Assembly (NCBI GenBank): GCA_963767005.1 | Contig: CAVYCN010000004.1 | Span: 32,001 to 96,000, forward strand | Direction of reading: 5' to 3' | Length of the DNA stretch: 64,000 nucleotides | DNA from: an uncultured Actinomycetes bacterium | GTDB lineage: Bacteria; Actinomycetota; Thermoleophilia; UBA2241 | Shown: piece after piece, positions 19,214 through 27,600 of the stretch | Layout: the number at the start of each line of letters is the position of its first letter | Numbering within the stretch: position 1 is the first letter of the stretch | Notes under the pieces: model-generated | What the model saw: only the letters and a program-made list of their open reading frames with translations | Database searches by the model: none | Told to the model about the DNA's origin: nothing | Made by a program: the position numbers and the translations under genes

Positions 19214-19294
19214 CGTTTCCCCGTACACAGGTTCGCGCGGGTCTTTCCCGCCCAACGCCTATCGTACGCCACGCGGCCGGGCTGCGGGCGGTCA

Positions 19295-19334
19295 GGGCGG
19301 CGGACGGCGCCCCGCGGGGCGCCGTCCGCCGCCC
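19295..19334. terminator. Perfect 40-bp palindrome downstream of htrA; probable terminator without U-tract
   Basis: gggcggcggacggcgccccg|cggggcgccgtccgccgccc, 6 bp after the htrA stop. Confidence 0.7.
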
Positions 19335-19340
19335 GCTCTT

Positions 19341-20531
19341 CTAGAACACGCTCGGCCGGGTGCCCAGCGTCACCTGCAGGGTGATCGTCTGAGAGCCCCT
19401 GACCAGCGTCACCTTCACCCGAGCGCCCGGCTTGTGCGCCGTGACGAACGCCGAGAGGTCGTCGTTGCTGCTCACGGCGGTGCCGTCGACCTTCGTGATG
19501 ACGTCGCCGCCGGTCACGTAGACCTGGTCCTGGAGGGCGACCTGCTTGCTACCGCCGCGGATGCCGGCTTTGGCCGCCGGGCTGCCGCCCTCGACGCTCG
19601 CCACGAGCACGCCCTGCGTGACCTTGAGACCGAGCGCCTTGGCCACGTCGGGCGACACGGTCTGGCCCGAGACGCCAAACCAGGCGTAGACCGCCTTGCC
19701 GGTCTTCTCGATCTGATCCATCACGCTCACCGCGGTGTCGATCGGCACGGCGAACCCGAGCCCCTGGTTGCCGCCCGACTGCGAGGCGATCTGCTCGTTG
19801 ATGCCGATCACCTTGCCCGCCCCGTCGATCAGCGGCCCGCCGGAGTTGCCTTCGTTGATGGCCGCGTCGGTCTGGATGCCGTTCGAGATGGTCGAGCCGT
19901 TCGGCGATTGCAGGTTGCGGTCGGTGGCCGACACGATGCCCGAGGTGAGCGTGAAGTCGTAGCCGAGTGGGTTGCCGATCGCCACGACGGGCTCGCCGAC
20001 CTGGACGGCGCTCGAGTCGCCGAGCGGCAGCGGGTCGAGCTTCGCCGTCCCGGCCGGGTCGACCTTGAGCACGGCGACGTCGCTCGTCTCGTCGATGCCG
20101 ACGATCGTCGCCGTGACCGGCGTCGTCTGCGAGCCCGCGCCCTTGAAGACGACCGACACCTTGCTCGCCGCGCGGCCGTCGCTCGAGACCACGTGGGCGT
20201 TCGTCAGGATGTAGCCCTGGTGCGACACGACGAAGCCCGAGCCCAGCGCCTGGGACTGACCCGTGACGGGCCCGAAGAAGGTCTGCTGGGTCGTCTGCAG
20301 GGTCGAGACCACCTCGACCACGCCCGACGATTCGCGTTGGTAGATCTCGGCCGGGGTGAGGGCGGCCGTGGCGCCGGCCGACACGGCCGGCGCCACGGCC
20401 GTGTCCCTCACCACCGTCGTCTTTTGCGAGCGCACCGGCAGGACGCCGGTCGCCATCAGGACGACCACGACGATGGCGCTGACGGCCACGCCCGAGACGA
20501 ACGTAAGCGCATACGATCGCAGTCGACCCAT
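19341..20531 (-). CDS. htrA: HtrA/DegP-family serine protease with PDZ domain
   Basis: TM anchor, GSGFV, ILTNAHV, DVAVLK, IQTDAAINEGNSGGPL, C-terminal PDZ. Confidence 0.95.
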   Translation of the reverse strand: MGRLRSYALTFVSGVAVSAIVVVVLMATGVLPVRSQKTTVVRDTAVAPAVSAGATAALTPAEIYQRESSGVVEVVSTLQTTQQTFFGPVTGQSQALGSGFVVSHQGYILTNAHVVSSDGRAASKVSVVFKGAGSQTTPVTATIVGIDETSDVAVLKVDPAGTAKLDPLPLGDSSAVQVGEPVVAIGNPLGYDFTLTSGIVSATDRNLQSPNGSTISNGIQTDAAINEGNSGGPLIDGAGKVIGINEQIASQSGGNQGLGFAVPIDTAVSVMDQIEKTGKAVYAWFGVSGQTVSPDVAKALGLKVTQGVLVASVEGGSPAAKAGIRGGSKQVALQDQVYVTGGDVITKVDGTAVSSNDDLSAFVTAHKPGARVKVTLVRGSQTITLQVTLGTRPSVF

Positions 20532-20564
20532 GCTCCTGCCTCCTCACCCGCCGCATTTCGACTC

Positions 20565-20727
20565 TGTGTAGTCGGCTTCGCTGTGAAGGAGCTGTGGTCG
20601 ACCTTGGGCCGCTCTGAGAATCCGAGCTGCTTCGTGCCGACGGGCCCGATGGTCACCCCGCCCCTCCACGATGCACACGACCACCACAGAATCTTCTCAG
20701 CACCTCCACAGCAAACGACCGTACAAT
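20565..20727. promoter_or_regulatory. Divergent promoters each with 11-bp-period YC(A/T)CAG direct-repeat arrays (MprA-box-like)
   Basis: Plus strand: CACAG 20685, CTCAG 20696, CACAG 20707, 10 nt, TACAAT 20722. Minus strand: CTCAG 20618-14, CCAAG, CACAG 20596-92, CACAG 20585-81, 10 nt, TACACA 20570-65. Confidence 0.75.
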
Positions 20728-20793
20728 GCCCTCCAGCGGGCGTGAACGTGTCGCGGGCCACGCCGTGAGGGTCGGCGAGCGAGGAGGCACACG

Positions 20794-21486
20794 GTGAGCG
20801 ACAACCCCAAGATCCTGGTCGTCGACGACGAAGAGAGCCTGACCGACCTGATCGGCCTTGCGCTGCGCTACGAGCAGTTCGAGGTCGACGTCGCCCACAC
20901 GGCCCGAGTCGCTCTCGGCAAGGTCACGAGTTTCCGGCCCGACCTCGTCGTGCTCGACGTCATGCTGCCCGACCAGGACGGCTTCGAGGTCGCGCGCCGT
21001 ATGGCGGCCGAGTCGCCGTCGACACCCGTCCTGTTCCTCACCGCCCGTGACGGCACCGAGGACAAGGTGCGGGGCCTCACGCTGGGCGGCGACGACTACA
21101 TGACCAAGCCCTTCAGCCTCGAGGAGCTCGTCGCCCGCATCCGCGCCATCCTGCGCCGCACGCGCCCGGCCGAAGGCGACCACCAGCGCCTCGTCTACTC
21201 CGACCTCGAAATGGACGAGGACACCTACGAGGTGCGCCGCGGCGGGCAGCGCATCGACCTGACCGCGACCGAGTACAAGCTGCTGCGCTACCTCATGCTC
21301 AACCGCCGCCGCGTGCTCTCGAAGGCGCAGATCCTCGACCACGTCTGGAACTACGACTTCGCCGGCGACGCCAACGTGGTCGAGATCTACATCAGCTATC
21401 TGCGCAAGAAGCTCGACCCCACCGGCCCACCGCTGATCCACACCGTGCGCGGCTTCGGCTACTGCCTGCGCGACGCGCACGACTGA
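20794..21486 (+). CDS. OmpR/PhoB-family response regulator (MprA/PhoP-like)
   Basis: ILVVDDE, LDVMLPD, FLTAR, GGDDYMTKPFS, LTATEYKLL, IHTVRGFGY; GGAGG RBS. Confidence 0.95.
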   Translation: MSDNPKILVVDDEESLTDLIGLALRYEQFEVDVAHTARVALGKVTSFRPDLVVLDVMLPDQDGFEVARRMAAESPSTPVLFLTARDGTEDKVRGLTLGGDDYMTKPFSLEELVARIRAILRRTRPAEGDHQRLVYSDLEMDEDTYEVRRGGQRIDLTATEYKLLRYLMLNRRRVLSKAQILDHVWNYDFAGDANVVEIYISYLRKKLDPTGPPLIHTVRGFGYCLRDAHD

Positions 21487-21508
21487 CGGCCGGCAGAAAG
21501 GGATCCGC

Positions 21509-23068
21509 TTGTCGCTCCGCCTGCGCCTGCTGCTCGCCTTGGTCGGCCTCGTCGCCGTCGGCCTCCTCGTGGCCGATGGCGCCACGTACCTGTCGCTGCA
21601 CTCGTTCCTGCTGAACCGCGTCGACCAGCAGCTCGTCTCGGCGGAGTTCCCCGTGCTCCACGCGCTCGAGGACAGCGCAGGCAACGGCTTCCCCGGCGTG
21701 CCGAGCGTCCCCGAGGGTGAATCGGCCAACCTCCCGCCCGGCACGTACGGTTGCGTGCTCACCGGCGGCGGTCAGATCGTCGCCCAGTACACGTTCAGCT
21801 ACGGCGGCAGGTCCTACGCGACGCCCTCGCTGCCGGCCGGCTTCCCCCAGAGTGTGGCACGTCACGGTGGCCAGCAGACCATCACGGTGAACGCCGCCGG
21901 CTCGTCGCTCCAGTTCCGCGTGATCGGCCACAGTCTGACGAGCGCCGCGACGGGCACGACTTACACGCTCGTGGCGGCCATCCCTCTGACCGAGGAGGCT
22001 CAGACTCAGCAGCACCTGGTTCTGATCGAGGCCAGCGTCACGCTCGCCGTCCTCGTCGGCCTGGGTCTGCTCGCCTGGTGGATCGTACGCCGCGAGCTGC
22101 GCCCGCTCGACGACATGGCCGCCACAGCCGGCGCGATCGCCGCCGGCGACCTGACGCGCCGCGTCGACCGCGCCGACGACCGCACCGAGGTGGGGCGTCT
22201 GGGCACGGCGCTGAACGCGATGCTCACGCAGATCGAAGAGGCCTTCACCCGCCAGCACAACTCCGAGAACGCCCTGCGGCGGTTCCTCGCCCAGGCGTCG
22301 CATGAGCTGCGCACGCCACTGGCGTCGGTCCGCGGCTACGCCGAGCTCTTCCGCCGCGGCGCGCGCGAGCGCCCCGAGGACCTCGACCTGGCGATGCGTC
22401 GTATCGAGCAGGAGGCGGCGCGCATGGGCGTGCTCGTCGAGGACCTTCTGCTGCTTGCCCGCCTCGACGAGGGGCGCGTCCTCGACCGCCGGCCGGTCGA
22501 CCTCACCCAGCTCGCCGCCGACGCCGCCGCCGACGCCCGCATCGTGGCGCCGGGTCGCGACCTGTCGGTCGAGCAGACCGGCCCCGTGACCGTGGCCGGT
22601 GACGAGAGCCGCCTGCGCCAGGTGCTCGGCAACCTCGTGACGAACGCCCTGCGCCACGGCGGACCCGACGCCCGCGTCCGGCTGCGCACGAGCGTGGCCG
22701 GCGACCAGGGCGTCCTCGAGGTGAGCGACGACGGGTTCGGCATGCGCCCCGAGGTCGCGGCGCGCGCGTTCGAGCCCTTCTACCGGCCTGAGGAGTCGCG
22801 CGCCCGCGGCGAGGGCACGGCCGGCCTCGGCCTGTCGATCGTCGCCGCCATCGCCGAGGCGCACGGCGGCCACGTCGAGCTCGAGACCGCCCCCGGCCTT
22901 GGCGCCACCTTCCGCGTGCTCCTGCCGCTCGGCGCGGCCGCCGAAGGCTCGGCAGCCACGAGCGCCCTCGCCTGGACGCCGCACGACGCGGGCCCCGACA
23001 CGCCGGGCGAGCCGGCGACCGACGCCGACGGCGGTGACCGCGCTCCGGCCGGCGAACCGATAGACTAG
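21509..23068 (+). CDS. HAMP-domain sensor histidine kinase
   Basis: Two TM segments, HAMP, ASHELRTPL, NLVTNALRH, DDGFG, GLGLSI. Confidence 0.95.
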   Translation: MSLRLRLLLALVGLVAVGLLVADGATYLSLHSFLLNRVDQQLVSAEFPVLHALEDSAGNGFPGVPSVPEGESANLPPGTYGCVLTGGGQIVAQYTFSYGGRSYATPSLPAGFPQSVARHGGQQTITVNAAGSSLQFRVIGHSLTSAATGTTYTLVAAIPLTEEAQTQQHLVLIEASVTLAVLVGLGLLAWWIVRRELRPLDDMAATAGAIAAGDLTRRVDRADDRTEVGRLGTALNAMLTQIEEAFTRQHNSENALRRFLAQASHELRTPLASVRGYAELFRRGARERPEDLDLAMRRIEQEAARMGVLVEDLLLLARLDEGRVLDRRPVDLTQLAADAAADARIVAPGRDLSVEQTGPVTVAGDESRLRQVLGNLVTNALRHGGPDARVRLRTSVAGDQGVLEVSDDGFGMRPEVAARAFEPFYRPEESRARGEGTAGLGLSIVAAIAEAHGGHVELETAPGLGATFRVLLPLGAAAEGSAATSALAWTPHDAGPDTPGEPATDADGGDRAPAGEPID

Positions 23069-23165
23069 ACGCGGCGGCGGCGGCAGGGCCGGCACGCGCC
23101 GCCCGCCGGTCCCGCGCGAGCGGGCTCGGGCGCCGGGCCGGCCACGCTCGAGGAGCCGCACCGTC

Positions 23166-24521
23166 ATGAAGCTCGATGTCCCCTACGTCCGGCGGCAGTT
23201 CCCCGCCCTCGCGCGCACGGTCGACGGGCACCCCGTCGCCTACTTCGACAGCCCGGGCGGCACGCAGGTGCCGCAGCGCGTGGCCGACGCGGTGACCGAC
23301 TACCTGCTCGGGCACAACTCCAACACGCACGGGTTCTTCGCCTCGACGATCGAGACCGACCACATCCTGGCCGACGCCCGCGACGCCCTGGCCGACTTCC
23401 TTGGCTGCGACTGGGACGAGGTCGCCTTCGGCGCCAACACGACCACGCTCAACTTCCTGCTCGCCCACAGCCTGGTGCGCGACCTGCACGAGGGCGACGA
23501 GATCGTCCTCACTGAGATCGACCACGAGGCCAACCGCGGCCCCTGGGTGTCGCTCCAGGACCGCGGCGTCGTGCTGCGCGAGGTGCCGGTCGACCCCGTC
23601 ACCTGCACCCTCGACTGGGACGCCTTCGCCCGCCTCGTGAACGAGCGCACGCGGATCGTCGCCATCGTCTGGGCGAGCAACGCGGTCGGCACGATCAACG
23701 ACGTCGCCCAGGCCGTCGAGCTCGCCCATTCGGTGGGCGCCCTGGTCGTCGTAGATGCCGTGCATTACGCCCTGCACGGCGTGATCGACGTCGCCGCCCT
23801 GGGCTGCGACTTCCTGCTCTGCTCGGCCTACAAGTTCTTCGCGCCGCACGTCGGCGTGCTCTACGTGCGCCGCCAGGCGGCCGAGCTCGTACGGCCGCTG
23901 CGTCTGCGCACGCAGGCCCGCGAGACTCCCTTCAAGTTCGAGACCGGCACGCTGAACCACGAGGGCATCGCCGGCGCCGCAGCCGCGGTCGACTTCATCG
24001 CCGACCTCGGCCGCCACCACCTGCGGCGCGTGGCGGCCGACCCCGCGCTCGGCCCGCGCCTCGAAGGGCTCGAGGGCCGCCGCGGGCAGATCGTCGCCGG
24101 CATGCTGGCCTCCGAGGCGCACGAGCAGCCCCTGGCCCGGCACCTGATCGAGGGGCTGCGCGACACCCCCGGCGTCACCGTCTACGGCCCGCCCGACGGC
24201 CATCCCCGCACGTCGACCGTGGCCTTCACCATCGACGGCGTGCGGCCCGAAGAAGTCTGCCGGCGCCTCGGCAGCGAGGGGCTGTTCCTCTGGGACGGCC
24301 ATTTCTACGCCATCCGACTGGTCGAGCGCCTCGGCCTGATCGACGACGGCGGTCTGGTGCGCGCCGGCCTCGCCCCCTACACCACGCCACGCGAGGTCGA
24401 GCGGCTGCTGGCCGCGGTCCGGCGCCTGGCGCCGGGCGGACCGACGGCGCGGCGGGCGGCCCCGCGAACGGCCGGCGGCCGTGCGAGCCGCCGCCCGGCG
24501 CACCCCGCGGCCGACGCCTGA
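23166..24521 (+). CDS. Cysteine desulfurase-like class V PLP enzyme lacking the catalytic Cys
   Basis: RRQFPAL, DSPGGTQVP, DHEAN, DAVH, CSAYKFF (PLP Lys), FETGT; WDGHFYA where SufS has RAGHHCA. Confidence 0.88.
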   Translation: MKLDVPYVRRQFPALARTVDGHPVAYFDSPGGTQVPQRVADAVTDYLLGHNSNTHGFFASTIETDHILADARDALADFLGCDWDEVAFGANTTTLNFLLAHSLVRDLHEGDEIVLTEIDHEANRGPWVSLQDRGVVLREVPVDPVTCTLDWDAFARLVNERTRIVAIVWASNAVGTINDVAQAVELAHSVGALVVVDAVHYALHGVIDVAALGCDFLLCSAYKFFAPHVGVLYVRRQAAELVRPLRLRTQARETPFKFETGTLNHEGIAGAAAAVDFIADLGRHHLRRVAADPALGPRLEGLEGRRGQIVAGMLASEAHEQPLARHLIEGLRDTPGVTVYGPPDGHPRTSTVAFTIDGVRPEEVCRRLGSEGLFLWDGHFYAIRLVERLGLIDDGGLVRAGLAPYTTPREVERLLAAVRRLAPGGPTARRAAPRTAGGRASRRPAHPAADA

Positions 24522-24546
24522 GACCCGTTCCCAGGACCGTACCGCC

Positions 24547-25656
24547 ATGCCCGACCTCGTCACACGGTCGGTCTGCCTGCTGGGTTTCGGCAACGTAGGA
24601 CGACGGTTCTGCGAGCTCGTCGCCCGCAACGACGACGAGCTCGCCCGCCGTCACGGCCTGCGGCTGCGCTTCGTCGCCGTGGGTACCGGCTCGCACGGCA
24701 GCTTCGTCGGCTCCGCCGGCCTGAGCGCCGCCGAGGTGCTCGAGGTAGCCGAGGCAGGGCTGGCGGCCGCCGCCGAGCCGGACGTGAGCGGCCGCTCGAC
24801 TCCGGCGGCCGTCCTGTTCCCCGAATCGTCGCGGCGCGGCGCAGAGCTGATCGTGGCGAGCGGCGCCGACGTGCTCGTCGAGGCGACGCCGCTCGACCCA
24901 CACGGCGGCCGCGCGGCGATCGCTCACATCGAGGCCGCGCTCGCCGGCGGCGCCGACGTCGTCACCGTCAACAAGGGGCCGATCGCCTGGGACTACCGGC
25001 GGCTCGCCGACCTCGCGGCGGCGCGCGGCCGGCGCCTGCTGTTCGAGGGCACGGTCATGGACGGCTGTCCGGTCTTCGACCTGTTCCGCTCCTGCCTGCC
25101 CGGCTGCCGCTTGCTCGGCTTCGACGCCGTGTTCAACTCAACCACCAACTTCATCCTCGACGCGATGGGCGAGGGCGTCGGCTTCGCCGACGCCCTCGCC
25201 CAGGTCCAGGCCGCCGGCTACGCCGAGGCCGACCCCTCCCACGACATCGACGGCCACGACGCGGCTGCCAAGACGGCGGCCCTCGCCAACGTCCTCATGG
25301 AAGCCGCCATCACCCCGGACGACGTCGCCAAGGACACCATCCGCGACGTCACCGCCGAGCGAGTGGCGGCGGTCCGGGCGGCGGGCCGGCGCATGCGCGT
25401 CGTCTGCTCGGCCGGCAAGAGCGGAGCAGCGATCGCCGAACCTGGGCCGGGCGTGCGTCGGGACCGCCCGCCGGCCGTACGTCTGACCGAGCTCGGGCCC
25501 GACCACCCGCTGTACGCGGCGGGCGGCTCGACCCTGTCGGCCCTGCTGCACACTGACCTCATGGGCACCGTGCAGGTGGCCGAGCACGGCGCGCTCCCCG
25601 AGCAGACGGCCTACGCCGTCTACGCCGACCTGCTGGCGCTGCACGAAGGGCGCTAG
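24547..25656 (+). CDS. Homoserine dehydrogenase-like protein (no ACT domain)
   Basis: GFGNVG, VVTVNKGP, FEGTVMDGCP, NSTTNFIL, GYAEADPSHDIDGHDAAAK. Confidence 0.88.
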   Translation: MPDLVTRSVCLLGFGNVGRRFCELVARNDDELARRHGLRLRFVAVGTGSHGSFVGSAGLSAAEVLEVAEAGLAAAAEPDVSGRSTPAAVLFPESSRRGAELIVASGADVLVEATPLDPHGGRAAIAHIEAALAGGADVVTVNKGPIAWDYRRLADLAAARGRRLLFEGTVMDGCPVFDLFRSCLPGCRLLGFDAVFNSTTNFILDAMGEGVGFADALAQVQAAGYAEADPSHDIDGHDAAAKTAALANVLMEAAITPDDVAKDTIRDVTAERVAAVRAAGRRMRVVCSAGKSGAAIAEPGPGVRRDRPPAVRLTELGPDHPLYAAGGSTLSALLHTDLMGTVQVAEHGALPEQTAYAVYADLLALHEGR

Positions 25657-25671
25657 GCCCCGGGTCCCGCG

Positions 25672-26607
25672 CTACTCCGCGTTCGTCAGCGCCTGCCGGA
25701 AGCGCGCCACGGCGGCCGCGTTCCAATCGACGTGGTCGTTGCGCGCGCCGGTCAGGTCCTTGAAGAAGGGTGACGCGTTGGCCATGGCGTGGCCGATCAC
25801 GTCGTCGGTCGAGATGTCGTAGGTGGCCTGCAGCCAGGCGACAAGGCGCAGCGCGGCGTCGACCTGGTGCTGCCGCGCGAAGATGTCGGCGATCGCCTGC
25901 GTCGGCCCCGACGCGGCGGGCTGCACGAACTCGATGCCGATCGCGCACCAGTCGAGGCCGACCGTGTGCCGGCAGCGCACGTCGAGCGGCACCTGCTGGT
26001 AGATCGTGCCGTCCTCGGCGATCACGAAGTGGGCGGCCACGCCGGGCAGCTCGCCGAGGGCCGGCGCGTTCGACGCGAAGGTGTTGTGCGCGGCGCCGTA
26101 GGTCGAGGTGGCGGTGTAATGCAGCACGATGACCTTGGGCTGCAGCACCCAGGTGTCCTGCCCGTAGTGGCGCTTGCTGAAGGCCGCCATCTCGGCCTTG
26201 CGGGCGGGACCGTAGGGCACGAGGTCCTGGACGATCGGCGGGGCGACGATGCCGCTCGCGCCCGGCAACGGGGTGCCGCCGCTGGCGCCGGAGCTGGGCG
26301 TCGAACCGGGCCCGGCCGAGGTCGGCGAGCCGGCGGGCGACGCTCCCTGGCCACCTGACGTCGCCGCGGCGCTCGGGCTGTCCGACGTGGCGGCGAGCTG
26401 GGCCGGCGGCTTGTCGCCGTTGCCGGCCGCCTTGTGCTCCCAGCGCTGCCACGGCTTGAACACGGCGAGCGCGCCGGCGGCCAGTACGACGAGGACGATG
26501 AAGACGAACGCGAGGCTGCGTCGCCGGCGCGCGCGCCGGCGTGACTCCTCGCGCCGCACCATGCGCGGACCGCTCTCGCCGGGGCCTCGCTCGAAGAAGT
26601 CGCTCAT
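25672..26607 (-). CDS. Membrane-anchored N-acetylmuramoyl-L-alanine amidase (Amidase_2)
   Basis: TM, Pro/Ser linker, IVLHYT, AHFVI.EDGTIYQ, RHTVG, IGIEF, VIGH. Confidence 0.85.
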   Translation of the reverse strand: MSDFFERGPGESGPRMVRREESRRRARRRRSLAFVFIVLVVLAAGALAVFKPWQRWEHKAAGNGDKPPAQLAATSDSPSAAATSGGQGASPAGSPTSAGPGSTPSSGASGGTPLPGASGIVAPPIVQDLVPYGPARKAEMAAFSKRHYGQDTWVLQPKVIVLHYTATSTYGAAHNTFASNAPALGELPGVAAHFVIAEDGTIYQQVPLDVRCRHTVGLDWCAIGIEFVQPAASGPTQAIADIFARQHQVDAALRLVAWLQATYDISTDDVIGHAMANASPFFKDLTGARNDHVDWNAAAVARFRQALTNAE

Positions 26608-26692
26608 GATCCTCCGTCTTCTTGCGTAGCCCTACACGGTACACGCCGTGAAGCGACGGTGCACGCCCTGGTCCGGCTCGCGTGCCCCAGAC

Positions 26693-27526
26693 TCAGACCG
26701 CCACCGCGAGCAGGCTGACACCGGCCAGCGTGCAGGCGATGCCGACCCACTGATGCCGGCGCGGCCGTTCATGCAGCAGGGCCACGCCGAGGATCACGGC
26801 GAAGGTGCCGAACTGCGTCGTGGCGATGGCCGCCACGGTGGGCGGCCCCATGGCGATGGCCAGCGTGAAGCACGACAGGCCGCCGAGCTCGAGTACGCCG
26901 GCCCCGATCGCCACCGGGCGCAGTCGCCCGGGCAGGGCGAGGCCGCCCGTCAGCAGCGCGAACGGCAGGGCCACGGCGAGCGATACCGTGCGCGAGATCG
27001 CCGCCTGCGACAGCCAGCTCAGGGCGTGGGCGTAGCTGTACAGCACGAGGACGCCGCCGAACAGCAGGCCCGACGCCAGGGCCCACGGGACGCCGCGGGT
27101 TGTCTTGGCGCGGTGCTCGATCGAGGCGAGTACGGCGCCCAGCACGCACAGCGCAAGCGACACGGCGAGCAGCGGAGTAAGTCGCGAGCCAAGCAGCACG
27201 AACGCCCCGGTCGCGTAGGCGCCCTGCAGCGCGTTGAGCGCCGACATCAGGCCGAGGTCGCCGCTCGCCAGGGCGCGCAGCAGGCAGACGAAGGCGGCCA
27301 CGTAGATGGCCCCGGCGAGAGCCGCGAAGCCGGCGGCGCGCCACTGCGCGCCGCCGCTCGGCAAGCCGTCCACGATCAGCGCGACGGGCAAGACGATCAC
27401 GGCGCCCGTGACCAGCACCCACGCGACCTGGACGAGCGCTCGCGTCGCGCGCGTCACCCGCTGCGACAGCATGTCGCTCGACGCGTACGAGAAGGCGGAG
27501 AGCAGGCCGACGAGGACGGTGAGCAC
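26693..27526 (-). CDS. EamA/DMT family transporter
   Basis: About 10 TM segments, ILGVALLHERP..QWVG C-terminal motif. Confidence 0.85.
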   Translation of the reverse strand: MLTVLVGLLSAFSYASSDMLSQRVTRATRALVQVAWVLVTGAVIVLPVALIVDGLPSGGAQWRAAGFAALAGAIYVAAFVCLLRALASGDLGLMSALNALQGAYATGAFVLLGSRLTPLLAVSLALCVLGAVLASIEHRAKTTRGVPWALASGLLFGGVLVLYSYAHALSWLSQAAISRTVSLAVALPFALLTGGLALPGRLRPVAIGAGVLELGGLSCFTLAIAMGPPTVAAIATTQFGTFAVILGVALLHERPRRHQWVGIACTLAGVSLLAVAV

Positions 27527-27600
27527 GGCGGTAGTCTACAGGAGGGGACGCGGGTCCGGCTCTGTGCGGGCACCAGGTCCCGCGCGCGCCCGACGACCCC

